Source of the DNA: Felis catus
Lineage: Eukaryota
Assembly (NCBI RefSeq): GCF_018350175.1
Contig: NC_058368.1
Coordinates: forward strand, 36,458,001-36,522,000
DNA: 64,000 nt
Reading direction: 5' to 3'
The translations under genes and the position numbers were made by a program. Of the stretch, positions 13,551 through 25,555 are shown piece by piece (positions within the stretch are counted from its first letter, which is position 1; every line of letters starts with the position of its first letter). Under the pieces are notes generated by a model. It saw nothing but the letters and a program-made list of their open reading frames with translations, was not told where the DNA came from and ran no database searches.

Positions 13551-14811
13551 AAAGGTATTTTCCATAGAATTAGTGGTGGTATAGCTTAATGTCTTCAGGT
13601 GCGGATGAAGAAACTGAAGCACCATGGGAATCAAAAATTTCCTCAGTTACAAGTAGCAGAACCAAGAATAGAGCCCAAACGGGCGGAATAAAGATTCAAA
13701 ACTCATTTCCATCAAGCCATGGTGACCACTTCTAATTTAAATTGTTGATAAAAAAAAAATGATACATTTTAAAATAGAAAATTGGATTTAAGCGTTTTGT
13801 GGTGTGTAAATTTACTTTCTTCTTTGGGAAAGATAAAGTGCTTATGCTGAGGAATGGTGATTTTTGGAAACAAAGAAACCTTTATCTTGCGGTGGCTCAC
13901 CTAAGGGCTGATTAGGGTTATCTGAAAATCTGGTTAATTGTGTATTTTTCTAAATCTGAGAATAAGGTCTGAAAAAGTAAGACACTATATTGTATGTCTT
14001 TGCCTTACTCAGCAGTTTGGAGTTGAAGACACCATAAGGTAGCATTAGAAATAGTGTGTTTCCATTTGTATTATGAACATAATTTCTGAGAAACTCCAGG
14101 TTTCTAACATAACAAGGCTTAACCAGGTTGTGCTCTGGGATTTTTGTTTTTGTGTTTTGGTGAGGAGGGCAGGGTTAGAGGGAAAATAGAAGGATGAACA
14201 CAAAGGTCTTCTTACCTTGTTCGCCTTGAATTTCACCTTCCCTTTTGGATTCTCTCTCTTTGATGGCTGGTGCTACGACCACACTGACCATCCTCTGGCC
14301 CAAGTGTATACTCCTCTCCCTTTCTTTCACCTTGAGACACCTAAGAAAGATGATAGCTTGTAACAGTCTTTATCAAAATTTAGTGCTGAAGAAGAACAAC
14401 TTTGATATATATTTAGATGGATATAGTCCATCTACAAGTTCTGTCCATTTATTATTTAGGAAGCACAGTGGCAGTATGGGTATAAAGTGAATGCTGTCTT
14501 GTCTTGAAGGGGGCCTGCCCTATTCCACATGTTGCCTTGAGAATGATATTGCAAAGTGGTACTTCAGGACATTTTGCTGGAATTTGTAATTCCTGACTTT
14601 TAACCTGGCCACAGAGGGAGAGCTTCTTTTCCCATTCCATCACGTGGAAGCTTCCTTCCAAATACATTAATGGTCATGACCAAGAAAGTCAGATTCCTGT
14701 CCTGTAGTCCACCCTGCACCTTTCTTGTATGGTTTCTGTTTTCTGAGAGACACAACACTTCCTCAGGAGACTGCTGGTCATTGATCCCAGTCTTTAAGTG
14801 AAAAGCAACCT

Positions 14812-15034
14812 GGGGCACCAGGTTCTGCAGTCGGTTCAGCGTCCTACTTCTGCTCAGGTCATGATCTCGTGGCTTGTGGGTCTGAGCCCCATGTCAGGCT
14901 CTGCGCTGACAGCTGGAAGCCTGGAGCCTGCCTCAGATTCTGTGTCTCCCTCTCTCTGCCCCTCCCCCGCTCACATCTGTCTCTCTCTCTCTCTCTCAAA
15001 AATAAACATAAAAAAATGAAAGAAAAAAAAAAAA
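14812..15034 (+). mobile_element. Can-SINE
   Basis: TSD gaaaagcaacct on both sides. Confidence 0.92.
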
Positions 15035-16704
15035 GAAAAGCAACCTTTGCAGTACCATCAATATAACTATACCTGTATGCACTACACTGTTGGTAATAGT
15101 CAGACAATAAGAGTTTATACAAAGAGTATGTGAAATTTTGCTCCCTTATATTCCAACATAATTCTTAGACATAAGTACATTTGTAAAGGATATTAGTAGT
15201 TCTTTATAAGGTTGTACATTAAGTGCAGGATATTTTATTATCTAAAATTATATTCTATCATTACCACTTTGATATAAACATACTCTTGGTATACTCTTTT
15301 GGAAAGGATAAGAACCATGAACACACTTTTTAGCTGAAACAATAATAGATCATGTTCAAGAACATTAGAAGAAACCAGTTGATTTATATTTTGGTTTCAG
15401 GGGACTTATCAGAGACCTCCTATTTTGAAACATTTCCCATTTCTTTAATGAGCATTTGTAACTATCTCTTTGGTTTACCTTGTTTGTGAAATTATAGTTC
15501 AACAGTAATAAGCCTTGTTGACCTTCTGCCTCAAAGTATGTTACACATTGCCTGGCAGCTTCTGATACTATAAAGTGCTAAAAAAATGACTGGATATTCT
15601 GTTAAACTGTGCAAGTTTTCAGGTTTCAAGGTGCTGTTTGCAGTGATTTTTTTTTTTTTGGTGAATAACCTATAAATCTAGTTTCAACTGCCTGTAGACT
15701 TGACTGCCTCAAGCATAAAGGGGGTATAAAAAGAAACTTGCTACCTCAGCAAGTTGAAAATAATTTTCTCCTCTCACAGCAGCATTTGCTAAATCAAGTA
15801 AAAATTACATAGTAACATTTCAAGAACCATAAAAATATAACTATATCAACTTTTTTGGTTTATGTTTTCTCCTTTTGACAAAAGAAGAATATTGGCATTT
15901 TGACTTACCATGTTGCAGTTAAGTCCCAACTATTTAGAAACTGTGATTTTTTTGTAAGATGTAGGCTCTGGAAGTAGCTGAAGAAGACTTTGCCTCCAGA
16001 TGATCTTTAGAAGAAGTAGACTGCACTCCCAACAATGCAAAAATTTTTGTGTAAAAATTGAGAAACATTTTTATGAGGTCATAGAATGAAAACAAAAGCA
16101 GAGAAGAGGGGGCAAGAAATATGTGGTGATAATATAAAATGTTAACAAGGGTGTCAAATCAAGGATACTGAGAGCAGAAAGGAAGCACACTGGTGATATA
16201 GAGAAGGAGGAAAGAACCACATCATGCTCCAGGACTGGACAGAGCCTACCTGTACCTTATTACTATAACCCCTATAGGTTTCACACCCTGACTTGATAGG
16301 TGTAAGTCTGTGTGCATGCATGAGCAGTTTTTATACTTATTACAGTTTCACAGCTTTTAAAGTGGAGACAGATAGCTACCCTCATCTTAGGGTAGTGCTG
16401 CTGAAGATATGGTATCTTTACAACAATAAGTAAGTCTCTGCAATAATGCAGAGAAAGATGTAACCCTATATAGTAATGTGTGTACTGAAATACACGTAGT
16501 TAATGTTTATACATCTTGTACACAAGGCACTGTTTGTTTTGGTGATGATATACTAGTTGGTCAGAATTTAAACATGTCATATACTGGTCTTTTGCTTGAG
16601 AAATCTGGGAAGCTTTTCAGAACTAGTGCTGTATAAGCAGGGCATGTTATATACGCCATCTCACATGGTGTCTAGTCTTTGTCTAGGGAAAAAACAAGGC
16701 AGAT

Positions 16705-17680
16705 TCACTAACACATTCATTCAACAAATAATTATTAAACATCTTGCTGTGGCAGACTCTTTAGTTCAATCAGATGTAGTCTTAAGGGGAGAAAGCCATT
16801 AATTACATATTCAAACATTGCATCTGTAAAGTACACTAGAAATGAAAAGGGACATGGTTGTAGATGAGCTTATAGAAGGGAAATTTGGTGTCTTTGTGGT
16901 GGTCAGAGAATGCTTCCCTGAGATCTGGAGGATGAGTGGGAATTAAATAGACTAAGTAAGGGTAAAGCAGCATATGCAGAGTTTATAGGGCAGTAAGGAA
17001 CATGGTGAGTACAAAGGTCTGAAGGACCAGGATGAGTGGAGGGCAAGACAGAGGTGGTATAGTGAGGCGGAACTGGGAGACACTTAGGGTCTGGATCATG
17101 TAGCTCAGGCCTTGCTTTTATTCTGGAGGCAGTAGAAATCAGTTGGAAAGTTTTATCAGGGGTTGGGACGGTTGAAGTAGGGATGACATCATAGTTAGAT
17201 GTTGAGAAATGCTTGCATTGAAGAAAATGGCTCGGAGCTTGGCTTGAGTAGAGTGGTAGAATGGTGGTGATGATTGCGATGGAGAACAGAGATTGATTTG
17301 ATTGGTATTTGAGAGGTAAAATGGACAGAACTTTTAGATGGACTATATCCATCTAAATATACGCATCTATATATGGGAAAGAGAGAGAAGGAGGTGTCAA
17401 GGGGTTGATTTCTGGGTTTCTGGCTTGTATACCTAAATTGATTACAGTATGGTTAGATAGGGAGTCTTAGAAAAGGAGTACATTTTTGAGGGGTGGATCA
17501 TGAATTAAAGTTGGACATTATTTGAGTACGAGGTGCCTTTGAGTCATCTAAAGTAAGATATCAATTAGATATTAGGAAATACTAATCTTGCACTAGGAAG
17601 AAGACTGGATTAGAGATATAAATATGGAGTCATTTGGGTATAGCTGATGACTGAAGTAGTGCATGGATGAGATCATCTAA
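16705..17680 (-). mobile_element. L2 LINE fragment
   Basis: Begins cattcattcaacaaataatt (reverse L2 tail), followed by a purine-rich L2-like body. Confidence 0.8.
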
Positions 17681-17681
17681 G

Positions 17682-17993
17682 GCTGCACTGTCCAGTACGG
17701 TAGACATTAGCCACATGTGGTTACTGAATACTTGAAATATGTCTAATCCAAATTTGCATGTGATGTAAATGTAAAATACACACCAGGTTTGGAAGACTTA
17801 GTACCAAAAAAGGATATAAATATCTCTCATTCATTTTTATATTGTTTGCATATTGAAATAATGCCATCACTATATTGTGTTAAAATATATTATTAAATTA
17901 ATTGCGCATGTTTCTCTTTACTTTTTAAAATATGACTGCCAGAAAATTTAAAATTACGTATGTGGTTTGCATTACATTTCTATTAGATAGCAC
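17682..17993. mobile_element. MER33 (hAT-Charlie)
   Basis: ctgcactgtccagtacggtag..tagccacatgtgg...tttctattagatagcac ends, ~310 bp. Confidence 0.82.
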
Positions 17994-18067
17994 CTATCAG
18001 TGATCTAAAAATCAAACTTTAAATAAGAAGAGGCTAGGTGCAAGCACTGAGGAATTTCAGCATTTAA

Positions 18068-18288
18068 ATTTTTTTTTATGTATTTTTTTATTTTTTTACA
18101 TTCATTTATTTTTGAGAGACAGAGCATGAGCAGGGGAGGGGCAGAGAGAGAGGGAGACACAGAATCCGAAGCAGGCCCCAGGTTCCGAGCTGTCAGCACA
18201 GAGCCTGACGCGGGGGCTCAAACCCGCAAACCACGAGATCATGACCTGAGCCGAAGACGCTCAACCGAGTAAGCCACTCAGGCACCTG
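18068..18288 (-). mobile_element. Can-SINE
   Basis: TSD gaatttcagcattt. Confidence 0.93.
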
Positions 18289-18567
18289 AGAATTTCAGCA
18301 TTTTAAAGGAGACTTAGCTTTTTAGGAGCTTCAGGGCAGGGCGGGGGAGCATTGGAATATGAAATCAGTGACTTTTCTGAAAAGAGAAAATGGATATGTC
18401 TTTAAGAGTTCTGTGATAAGATTATTTGCTTAGGTCAGTATTGGATCACTGGATTGGATTATTAGAGACTCAGAGCAGTTTTTAAAAACATTTTTTAAAA
18501 CTTAAGATATTTGAAGGTCTCTTTTTTTAATCCCCCCCCCAAATCCCCTTAAAACTCCTCTAAATAT

Positions 18568-18796
18568 AGGGGCGCCTGGGTGGCGCAGTCGGTTAAGCGT
18601 CCGACTTCAGCCAGGTCACGATCTCGCGGTCCGTGAGTTCGAGCCCCGCGTCGGGCTCTGGGCTGATGGCTCAGAGCCTGGAGCCTGTTTCCCATTCTGT
18701 GTCTCCCTCTCTCTCTGCCCCTCCCCCGTTCATGCTCTGTCTCTCTCTGTCCCAAAAATAAATAAAAAACGTTGAAAAAAAAATTAAAAAAAAAAA
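18568..18796 (+). mobile_element. Young SINEC_Fc
   Basis: Near consensus; perfect TSD aaaactcctctaaatata. Confidence 0.96.
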
Positions 18797-19565
18797 AAAA
18801 CTCCTCTAAATATAAAATGCTTATAAAATTTAGCTGCAACTTTTCAGAAGACAGTTAGTCTATAATGGATATTAAGTGAAGAAAGATATTAAGAAAAAAA
18901 ATTTTTATTCTATTAAATTCCTAGGCAGGACATTGAGAAGTTTGAAAATTCATAAATTTTGAAAAATACAGAATATGAAACATTAAGCATAAATATTGAT
19001 GGGGAAAAAACTTAAAGAAATTAAGCCAACAGTTTATAATGGATTTAAGAATTAATTCAGTTTAAGTTTTGTTTTGGAAGAGAAATAGGGATGTATTTAA
19101 GCTTAAGTGTCTGGAAAGTTGGTAGATGATCATGATAAAGTTAGTGAAATAATTTTTCCTTTTGCCATTAATATATTCTAATATTGTTAGATCAAAAGAA
19201 ATAAGTAAATATTTGGTTTTTCCAAATAGTTAAAATAGTTTGATTGATGTCTTGTTTTGTAAGCTCCTGTAGGACTAGGATGAAGTCATATCTCTGAGGT
19301 GTTCTGGCATTTAGCGGGGTGCAGGGTCCACAGTAGGCATGTACATGCTTGTGGAATGAATGTTAGTACCATTGTAATTTAGTCTCAGTATGTTTCATCA
19401 TAATGTTTTTGTGTTCTCCAGGAATATGAAACTTTTTCAAGCCTTGTGTAGAGGAGAAACTTGTTACTTGTGAAATGATGTTGTGAAATTTTAAAAACTA
19501 GTTTTATGAAAAAATGTAATTTTTACAGTAATGTAGGAAATAACCTGTTATACAAGCTTTCCCTA

Positions 19566-20098
19566 TTTTTTAAAAATGTTTATTGTTTTAGGGGCGCCTG
19601 GGTGGCTTAGTCAATTGAACGTCTGACTTCAGCTCATGTCATGATCTCACAGTCCACGGGTTTGAGCCCCGCGTTGGGCTGTCAGTTCAGAGCCTGGACT
19701 CTGCTTCGGATTCTGTGTCTCCCTCTCACTGTGCTCCTCCCCCACTCATGCTCTCTCTCTATCAAAAAATGAATAAACCTTAAAAAAATTTTTAAAAAAT
19801 GTTTATTCTTTTCTTTTGAGAGAGAGAGAGAGCACGTGTGTGTGTGTGCAAGCACAGGAGCAGCAGAGGGGAGAGAGAGAGAGGGAGAGAGAGAGAGGGA
19901 GAGAGAGAGAGGGAGAGAGAGAGAGAGGGAGAGAGAGAGAGGGAGAGAGAGAGAGAGGGAGAGAGAGAGAATCCCAAGCAGGCTCTGCGCTGTCAGCTCA
20001 GAGCCCCCAAGCAGGGCTCAATCCCACAGACCAAGAGATCATGACCTGAGCCGAAATCAAGAGTCTGATGCTTAACCCACTGAGCCACTAGCACCCCA
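19566..20098. mobile_element. Nested SINEs: + SINE (19591-~19795) inserted in the tail of a - SINE (ending ~20098)
   Basis: Inner TSD aaaaatgtttatt(g/c)tttt; outer TSD agcttt(c)cctattt / agctttctctattt. Confidence 0.88.
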
Positions 20099-21814
20099 GA
20101 GCTTTCTCTATTTATTGATATTTGCTTCTAACTGAATACAAACATACACACTTACAGATATGTTGATAACATTTCTTGCATGGGACAACCAACTGTTTTG
20201 GGGGGGGGTTTGAAATGTTCTTTCTCAAACCAATGTTAATAGAAACTATTTTCAGAAGTTTGTTTTTAGTATAAATTTGTCCTAGGTCCTAATTATTTCT
20301 TTACACTTTTGATATTTTATGGGATACTACAAATTTTTACTTTTCCTTTTGATGTTTCATAATTGCTTGTTATGTCGGGGTCCCTGGTTAGAAAGGCATT
20401 AGGAGAGGAGGTTATCATTCATTCTGTGGCCTTTGATGAGGCAAAGAAGTGGACGCTGGGACACTTCCCAGGTTATTAGGCTGGCATAAGGTTCCAGCCC
20501 ACTGGGTTTTACGTGAGGACCCTGCCAAGCACAGATTGCTCTTTTGTTAACTTTCAATTATGAACAACAGAAAAGGTCATATATATGTTACTAGTTAGGG
20601 GAAGGCCTTCTTCTCAGTGGCCTTCCTCAGTTTACCAAACTCAGAATGGCACATACCATTGACCCTTTTTGCTTGAGCTGAGAGCCTAGGTTGGTATGCA
20701 GAGGCTTCTGTTCCTGGGAGTTTGCCATGATCTTTTGTCCAGGCTGCTTGCTGAATCTCTGTGTTTCACTCTACATTGTAACAGTGAGATTTCTCCAGGA
20801 TTGTGTTAATTTGACTTCTTTCCTTAGTTATGCTTCTTGGTACAGGTTAGTACCCAGGCTCTGTCAGATTCCTCTTTGGACATTTTGAAGTTCTACAAGA
20901 TCGAGATGTTGTTTTTCCTTATTTTGGTTGCTGCTGATAAATTTTTTGACCACTTTTTCTGGTTGTGGTTATGTGCTTTGTTTTTACTTTTTTTTTTCTT
21001 TATTGAGTTAATTACACATTTGTCAGAAGTCTTCATAAGCATATGTTAATTAGGTGTTTCATTTCATTAAAAAATGAAACTATTTCATATACATATATTA
21101 AAAATATGATTGCTGCAGCAATACCATGAAATTGTGTCTGTGTTTTACATCGTTGCTGGTGCAAAATAACGATCCCAAATAACATTAACTTTGTCGGTAG
21201 ACATATCTAGCTATTCTTTGCTACACAGAGACACCTGCCATTTTACTCAATAAATTTTCTACCAGTTATAAGGAAAAGATTTCTTTGGTAGGGATAATTC
21301 CCAATTGAAAGATGTCTTCATATAATTAGATGTAGCTTCTTAACAATGAGAGGTTAACATTCAGATTTTGTTTTGGCATCATGAAAAAGTTAGTCCAGTG
21401 TAGTGGTGTAAATGTTAATGGGTAGAGTAATAATATTTAAATGATACATGACAGAAATCATAGCATGCTTTCTAGAGTCGGATTGTCTTGAAAGGGCAAT
21501 AAGGCCTTGAACTTTTTTCCAATTTATACTTATGTGAATAAGCATTTATGTTGATATTATTTTAATTAAAATGTAAAACTGGCCTGAGGTATACCCTTCT
21601 TGATATTTACAAAACTGCTTTCTATTAGTTAGGTTGAAAGTTAGGCTGATATACAGAGACCCCACATTACAAAGGTCTAAAGAACATAGCCTTTTTTTTT
21701 TTTCCTCATTCTTTTTTTTCCTCATCACAGAAAAACCCACAGTGTTGGGGAATCTGCTTTGTGCTGTCATTTATGGACCCAAGTTCTTTCCATCTAACTT
21801 TAGTTGTCCCCTAA

Positions 21815-21983
21815 CTCCTGCTACTCCAAGTGTGGTCCTAAGACCAGAATCATTAGCATTACCTGATACCTTGTTAGCAGTGTAGAGTCTCAGTCTCTAC
21901 CACAGACCTACTGAATCAGCATCTGTATTTTAACAGGGTTCTCCTAGTGACTTTTTTGTACATTTCAGTTTGAGAAGCACTAG
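21815..21983. mobile_element. MER5A (hAT-Charlie)
   Basis: aagtgtggtcc...agacctactgaatcag...agtttgagaagcactag. Confidence 0.88.
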
Positions 21984-22019
21984 TTAGGTAGGGTACGTAT
22001 TGTCATTGTTTTCATGCAC

Positions 22020-22182
22020 ATAGGGTAGCTGCAACATCAGGGTTTTAGTTAGCAGAAGGGAAAGGACAGCTGAGAGCCATAGAGTGAGTTCCCTGATGGG
22101 AAAGGTGGCACACATCACTTCCTTGGTTTCCAAGAACTTAATCTCACCTACCTAAAAGGGATTCTGGGAAATGTGGCCTAGC
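22020..22182. mobile_element. Possible MLT1 (MaLR) LTR fragment
   Basis: catcacttcc..ttgg..caagaacttaatctca...ctgggaaatgtggcctagct resembles old MLT1. Confidence 0.5.
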
Positions 22183-22183
22183 T

Positions 22184-22388
22184 CAGTGATTCTCAAGCTG
22201 TCTTCCAATTTTTAAAATTTCCAGTTTTTCACACATCACTACCTTTGTGAAGTATAACATCTTGCAGCAATGTCAGATTGCTTTTAGAGTTGCTAAATGG
22301 CTTGCCTCAGTTTCTGTACTTACTCCGTCATGAAGCAGTAACAGAGTTTGAAGATTGGTACTGATCAGTGGACCACACTTGAAGTAGT
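22184..22388. mobile_element. hAT-Charlie-type MITE, family uncertain
   Basis: Ends cagtgattctcaagc ... ggaccacacttgaagtag resemble MER5-type TIRs. Confidence 0.55.
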
Positions 22389-23333
22389 TCCCTTCTACCT
22401 GGACACATTTTGAATTTTTCACTTACTGATACTGTTCAAATTATGGTAAAGTTGTATGAATTTGGTATGAATGAATGAAGTGAAGCACTTTTTATTTTGT
22501 ACTTTTGATTTGATTTAATTACTTGCTAATATTCTACTTTAATTTTTTTTATTTTTAGTGATGATCTAATGTGTGGAAAGGACTTTGCGGTTTGCAAAGC
22601 CCTCTTTCTCTAATTATATGTCATTCTATAATAAGTAGGTTGTATGTATGTGTTATATTTGCTTATAAAAGGCGATTGCAAGCCTTCTTGGTTTAGTCAT
22701 GTGGCTGATACCTAGTATGACACATTAAAGAGTGATCATGTTTGTTATGAGAAAGTACCTTTCCGCTGCATTTTGTTAACTTTCTTATACTTTTGGTTAT
22801 GAAGTAATATTAGTTTATAGTTGGTGTTATGAGACTTATCTGTGCAGCTCTTATATTGGCTGACATTGCTTGACATGGTTTGAATTATTCCTGCCTAAAC
22901 ATGTTTTCATGAAAAATAAAATTGAATTGGACTGTTGGTGGTCTTTTAAAATGTTTTACTTTATCACAATAACTTTCATGTGTAAATTGAATTGTTTATC
23001 GTTACTGGTAATGCTATCCTGCCTTAAGCAAAAGTGTATTTAAAAGATGTATGATTATAGATTTCTATGTATCTAAGACATGTATTTTCAAAGTGGAAAA
23101 ATAGGCTGTTTGACTGAATGTTTTTGTTATATTCAGCTTGCTTTTTGCTGTTATGGCTTGCCTGGTATTGCCCTGCAGCACCATTTTTTTTTTTTTTTTC
23201 TTTTTTGCCTAAGTACCCGCTATGAGTGAACTAAGAAGTCAGCAGGATGTCAGCATTGTGAAAGAGGAATAGGCTTGCAAGCTTGAATTGATTTGTGTTT
23301 GAAACTGAGATTAGTAAATTACATGATTTAAGA

Positions 23334-23541
23334 TTTTTTTTTAACTTTTATTTTTGAGAGAGACAGAGACAGAGTGCGAGTTGGGGAGAACAGAGAGAGA
23401 GGGAGACACAGAATCCGAAGCAGGCTCCAGGCTCTGAGCTGTCAGCACAGGGCCTGGTGCAGGACTCAAACCCACAAACTGTGAGATCCTGACCTGAGCC
23501 GAAGTCGGCTGTTTAGCCCACTGAGCCACCCAGGTGCCCCC
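23334..23541 (-). mobile_element. Can-SINE
   Basis: TSD gtaaattacatgattt. Confidence 0.93.
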
Positions 23542-23759
23542 GTAAATTACATGATTTTACATAGTTAATTCATATTAGAATTAGTAGTTAATTAGAATTA
23601 TATCACAAAGCTGGGTTTTCATGAGTGATTACTTTGAAAAGAGAGTGGTTGTGAAAACAAAACTGTCTTCTTGATTTTCAGTTAAATTTATACCTACTTT
23701 TTTTTTTTTTTATTAATTTTAAGTGTTAATTGAGTATAGTTGACACACAAATATACCGG

Positions 23760-24012
23760 ATATGGTTTGTGTTAAAAGCATGAGCTCTGAAGTCCAACTC
23801 TCTAGAACCAGGGTCAGTCCTGGTTCTGCCACTGATTAAATAACCTTGAGTACATTAATTAAACTGCTTGCTCCCTCAGTTTATTCATCTCTTAAATGGT
23901 GCCAATTGTAGCACCTAATCCATAGTATACTTATGAGGATTAATGAGTTAATACACACAAAGTGTTTCAGAACACTGCTTGTCGTATGTCGAGTGCCCAA
24001 TAAATACTTGCA
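23760..24012 (+). mobile_element. MIR
   Basis: gttaaaagcatgagctctgaagtc...tgaggattaatgagttaatac...caataaatac core. Confidence 0.85.
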
Positions 24013-24577
24013 CTCTTTCTATTGCGTGTTAAGCCTGGACTCTCATAACTTACTGTAGCCAGTAAATAAATTCATGTAATTTGCACATGTATGGATTTCT
24101 GAAATTGTGTTACCTTTGAAAAAAATGTGTTCTTTATTTTAGAATATATAGTCTCTTGAAGGGTTACCTTGATAAAGACAAAATCCTTATATCTTACGGG
24201 TTTCAGTGTGGGTTTTGAATCTCATTATAAAGTATGTTTTAGCATTTGGTAGTCTTATAAATGTTGGTGCCTCAAATTAAAGATAAATAATACAGGTTGA
24301 ATATTTCATATATTATTTTACTTGTACAGGAAGAATAGACATTTGAGAGAGAAAAACGTCAATATGCAATCTATTATTTTGGATATGAATTTAGTTAAGT
24401 CTCAGAAGCTGAAGGCAGGTAATTTAACATTCTTGTTGAAATGTTGCATTGTTATTAAGTATTTACCTTTTAGTGTTATAAATAAGGATTTTATTTAAGG
24501 AGCAATGGGATATCCTCCTTAAAAATTAAATGTTTGGAGCCAGTTATGTAATATGTAAATTTATGGAACAATATACC

Positions 24578-24800
24578 TTTAAAAATTTTTTTTTATGTTT
24601 TTATTTTATTTTTGAGACAGAGAGAGAGACAGAGCATGAGCAGGGGAGGAGCAGAGAGAGAGGGAGACACAGAATCCGAAGCAGGCTCCAGGCTCTGAGC
24701 TGTCAGCACAGAGCCCGACGCAGGGCTTGAACTCACAGACTGTGATATCGTGACCTGAGCCGAAGTCGGATGCTTAACCGACCGAGCCACCCAGGCGCCC
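24578..24800 (-). mobile_element. Can-SINE
   Basis: TSD gaacaatatac. Confidence 0.94.
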
Positions 24801-24869
24801 CAGAACAATATACTTTTTTAAAGATTAAATACATTTTTAAAGTACATTTTAAATACATTTTGAGTCTGG

Positions 24870-25319
24870 CTTAAAAAGGTTTTTTTTTGGGGGCGCCTGG
24901 GTGGCTCAGTCGGTTAAGCATCCGACTTCAGCTCAGGTCACGATCTCAGTCCTGAGTTCGAGCCCCGCGTCGGGCTCTGGGCTGACGGCTCAGAGCCTGG
25001 AGCCTGCTTCGGATTCTGTGTCTCCCTCTCTCTCTGCCCCTCCCTCATTCATGCTCTGTCTCTCTCAGTCTCAAAAATAAATAAACGTTAATTAAAAAAA
25101 AAAAGGTTTTTTTAACGTTTGTTTATTTTTGAGAGACGGAGACAGAGCGTGAGTGGGGGAGCGGCAGAGAGAGAGAGAGAGGGAGACACAGAATCTGAAG
25201 CAGGATCCAGGCTCAGGGCTGTCAGCCCAGAGCCCGATGCGGGCTTCGAATTCAGGAACTGTGAGATCATGACCTGGGCTAAGTAGGACACTTAACTAAC
25301 TGAGTCACCCAGGTGCCCT
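24870..25319. mobile_element. Nested / tail-to-tail SINEs: + (24889-25104) and - (ending 25319)
   Basis: Inner TSD aaaaaggtttttt flanks the + copy. Confidence 0.9.
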
Positions 25320-25364
25320 GATTATGGTTTTTAAAGAAAAAGGGTTATATAGCTTTATCCTAAG

Positions 25365-25555
25365 TACAGAGTTGGCAGACTGTGGCCCAATTTGACCTTA
25401 TGCTTACTTTTGTAAATAAAGTACTCATACACAGTTAGACCAGGCTTTTGTGCTGTGGACACAGATGAGTAGTTGTGATAGAGATCCTATGGCCTGCAAA
25501 AATACCTACAAGTTTTACTATCTAGCCCTTTACAGAAAAAGTTTACTTAGCTTTA
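25365..25555. mobile_element. MER58A (hAT-Charlie)
   Basis: ttttgtaaataaagt...atggcctgcaaa...tttactatctagccctttacagaaaaagttt. Confidence 0.82.

Noticed and set aside
16903..17352. 149-aa minus-strand ORF
   Set aside because: Lies wholly within a decayed L2; no domain or splice support
22558..22710. Possible C/D box snoRNA (GTGATGA ... CTGA)
   Set aside because: No terminal stem and no recognisable rRNA/snRNA antisense element; the motif is expected by chance
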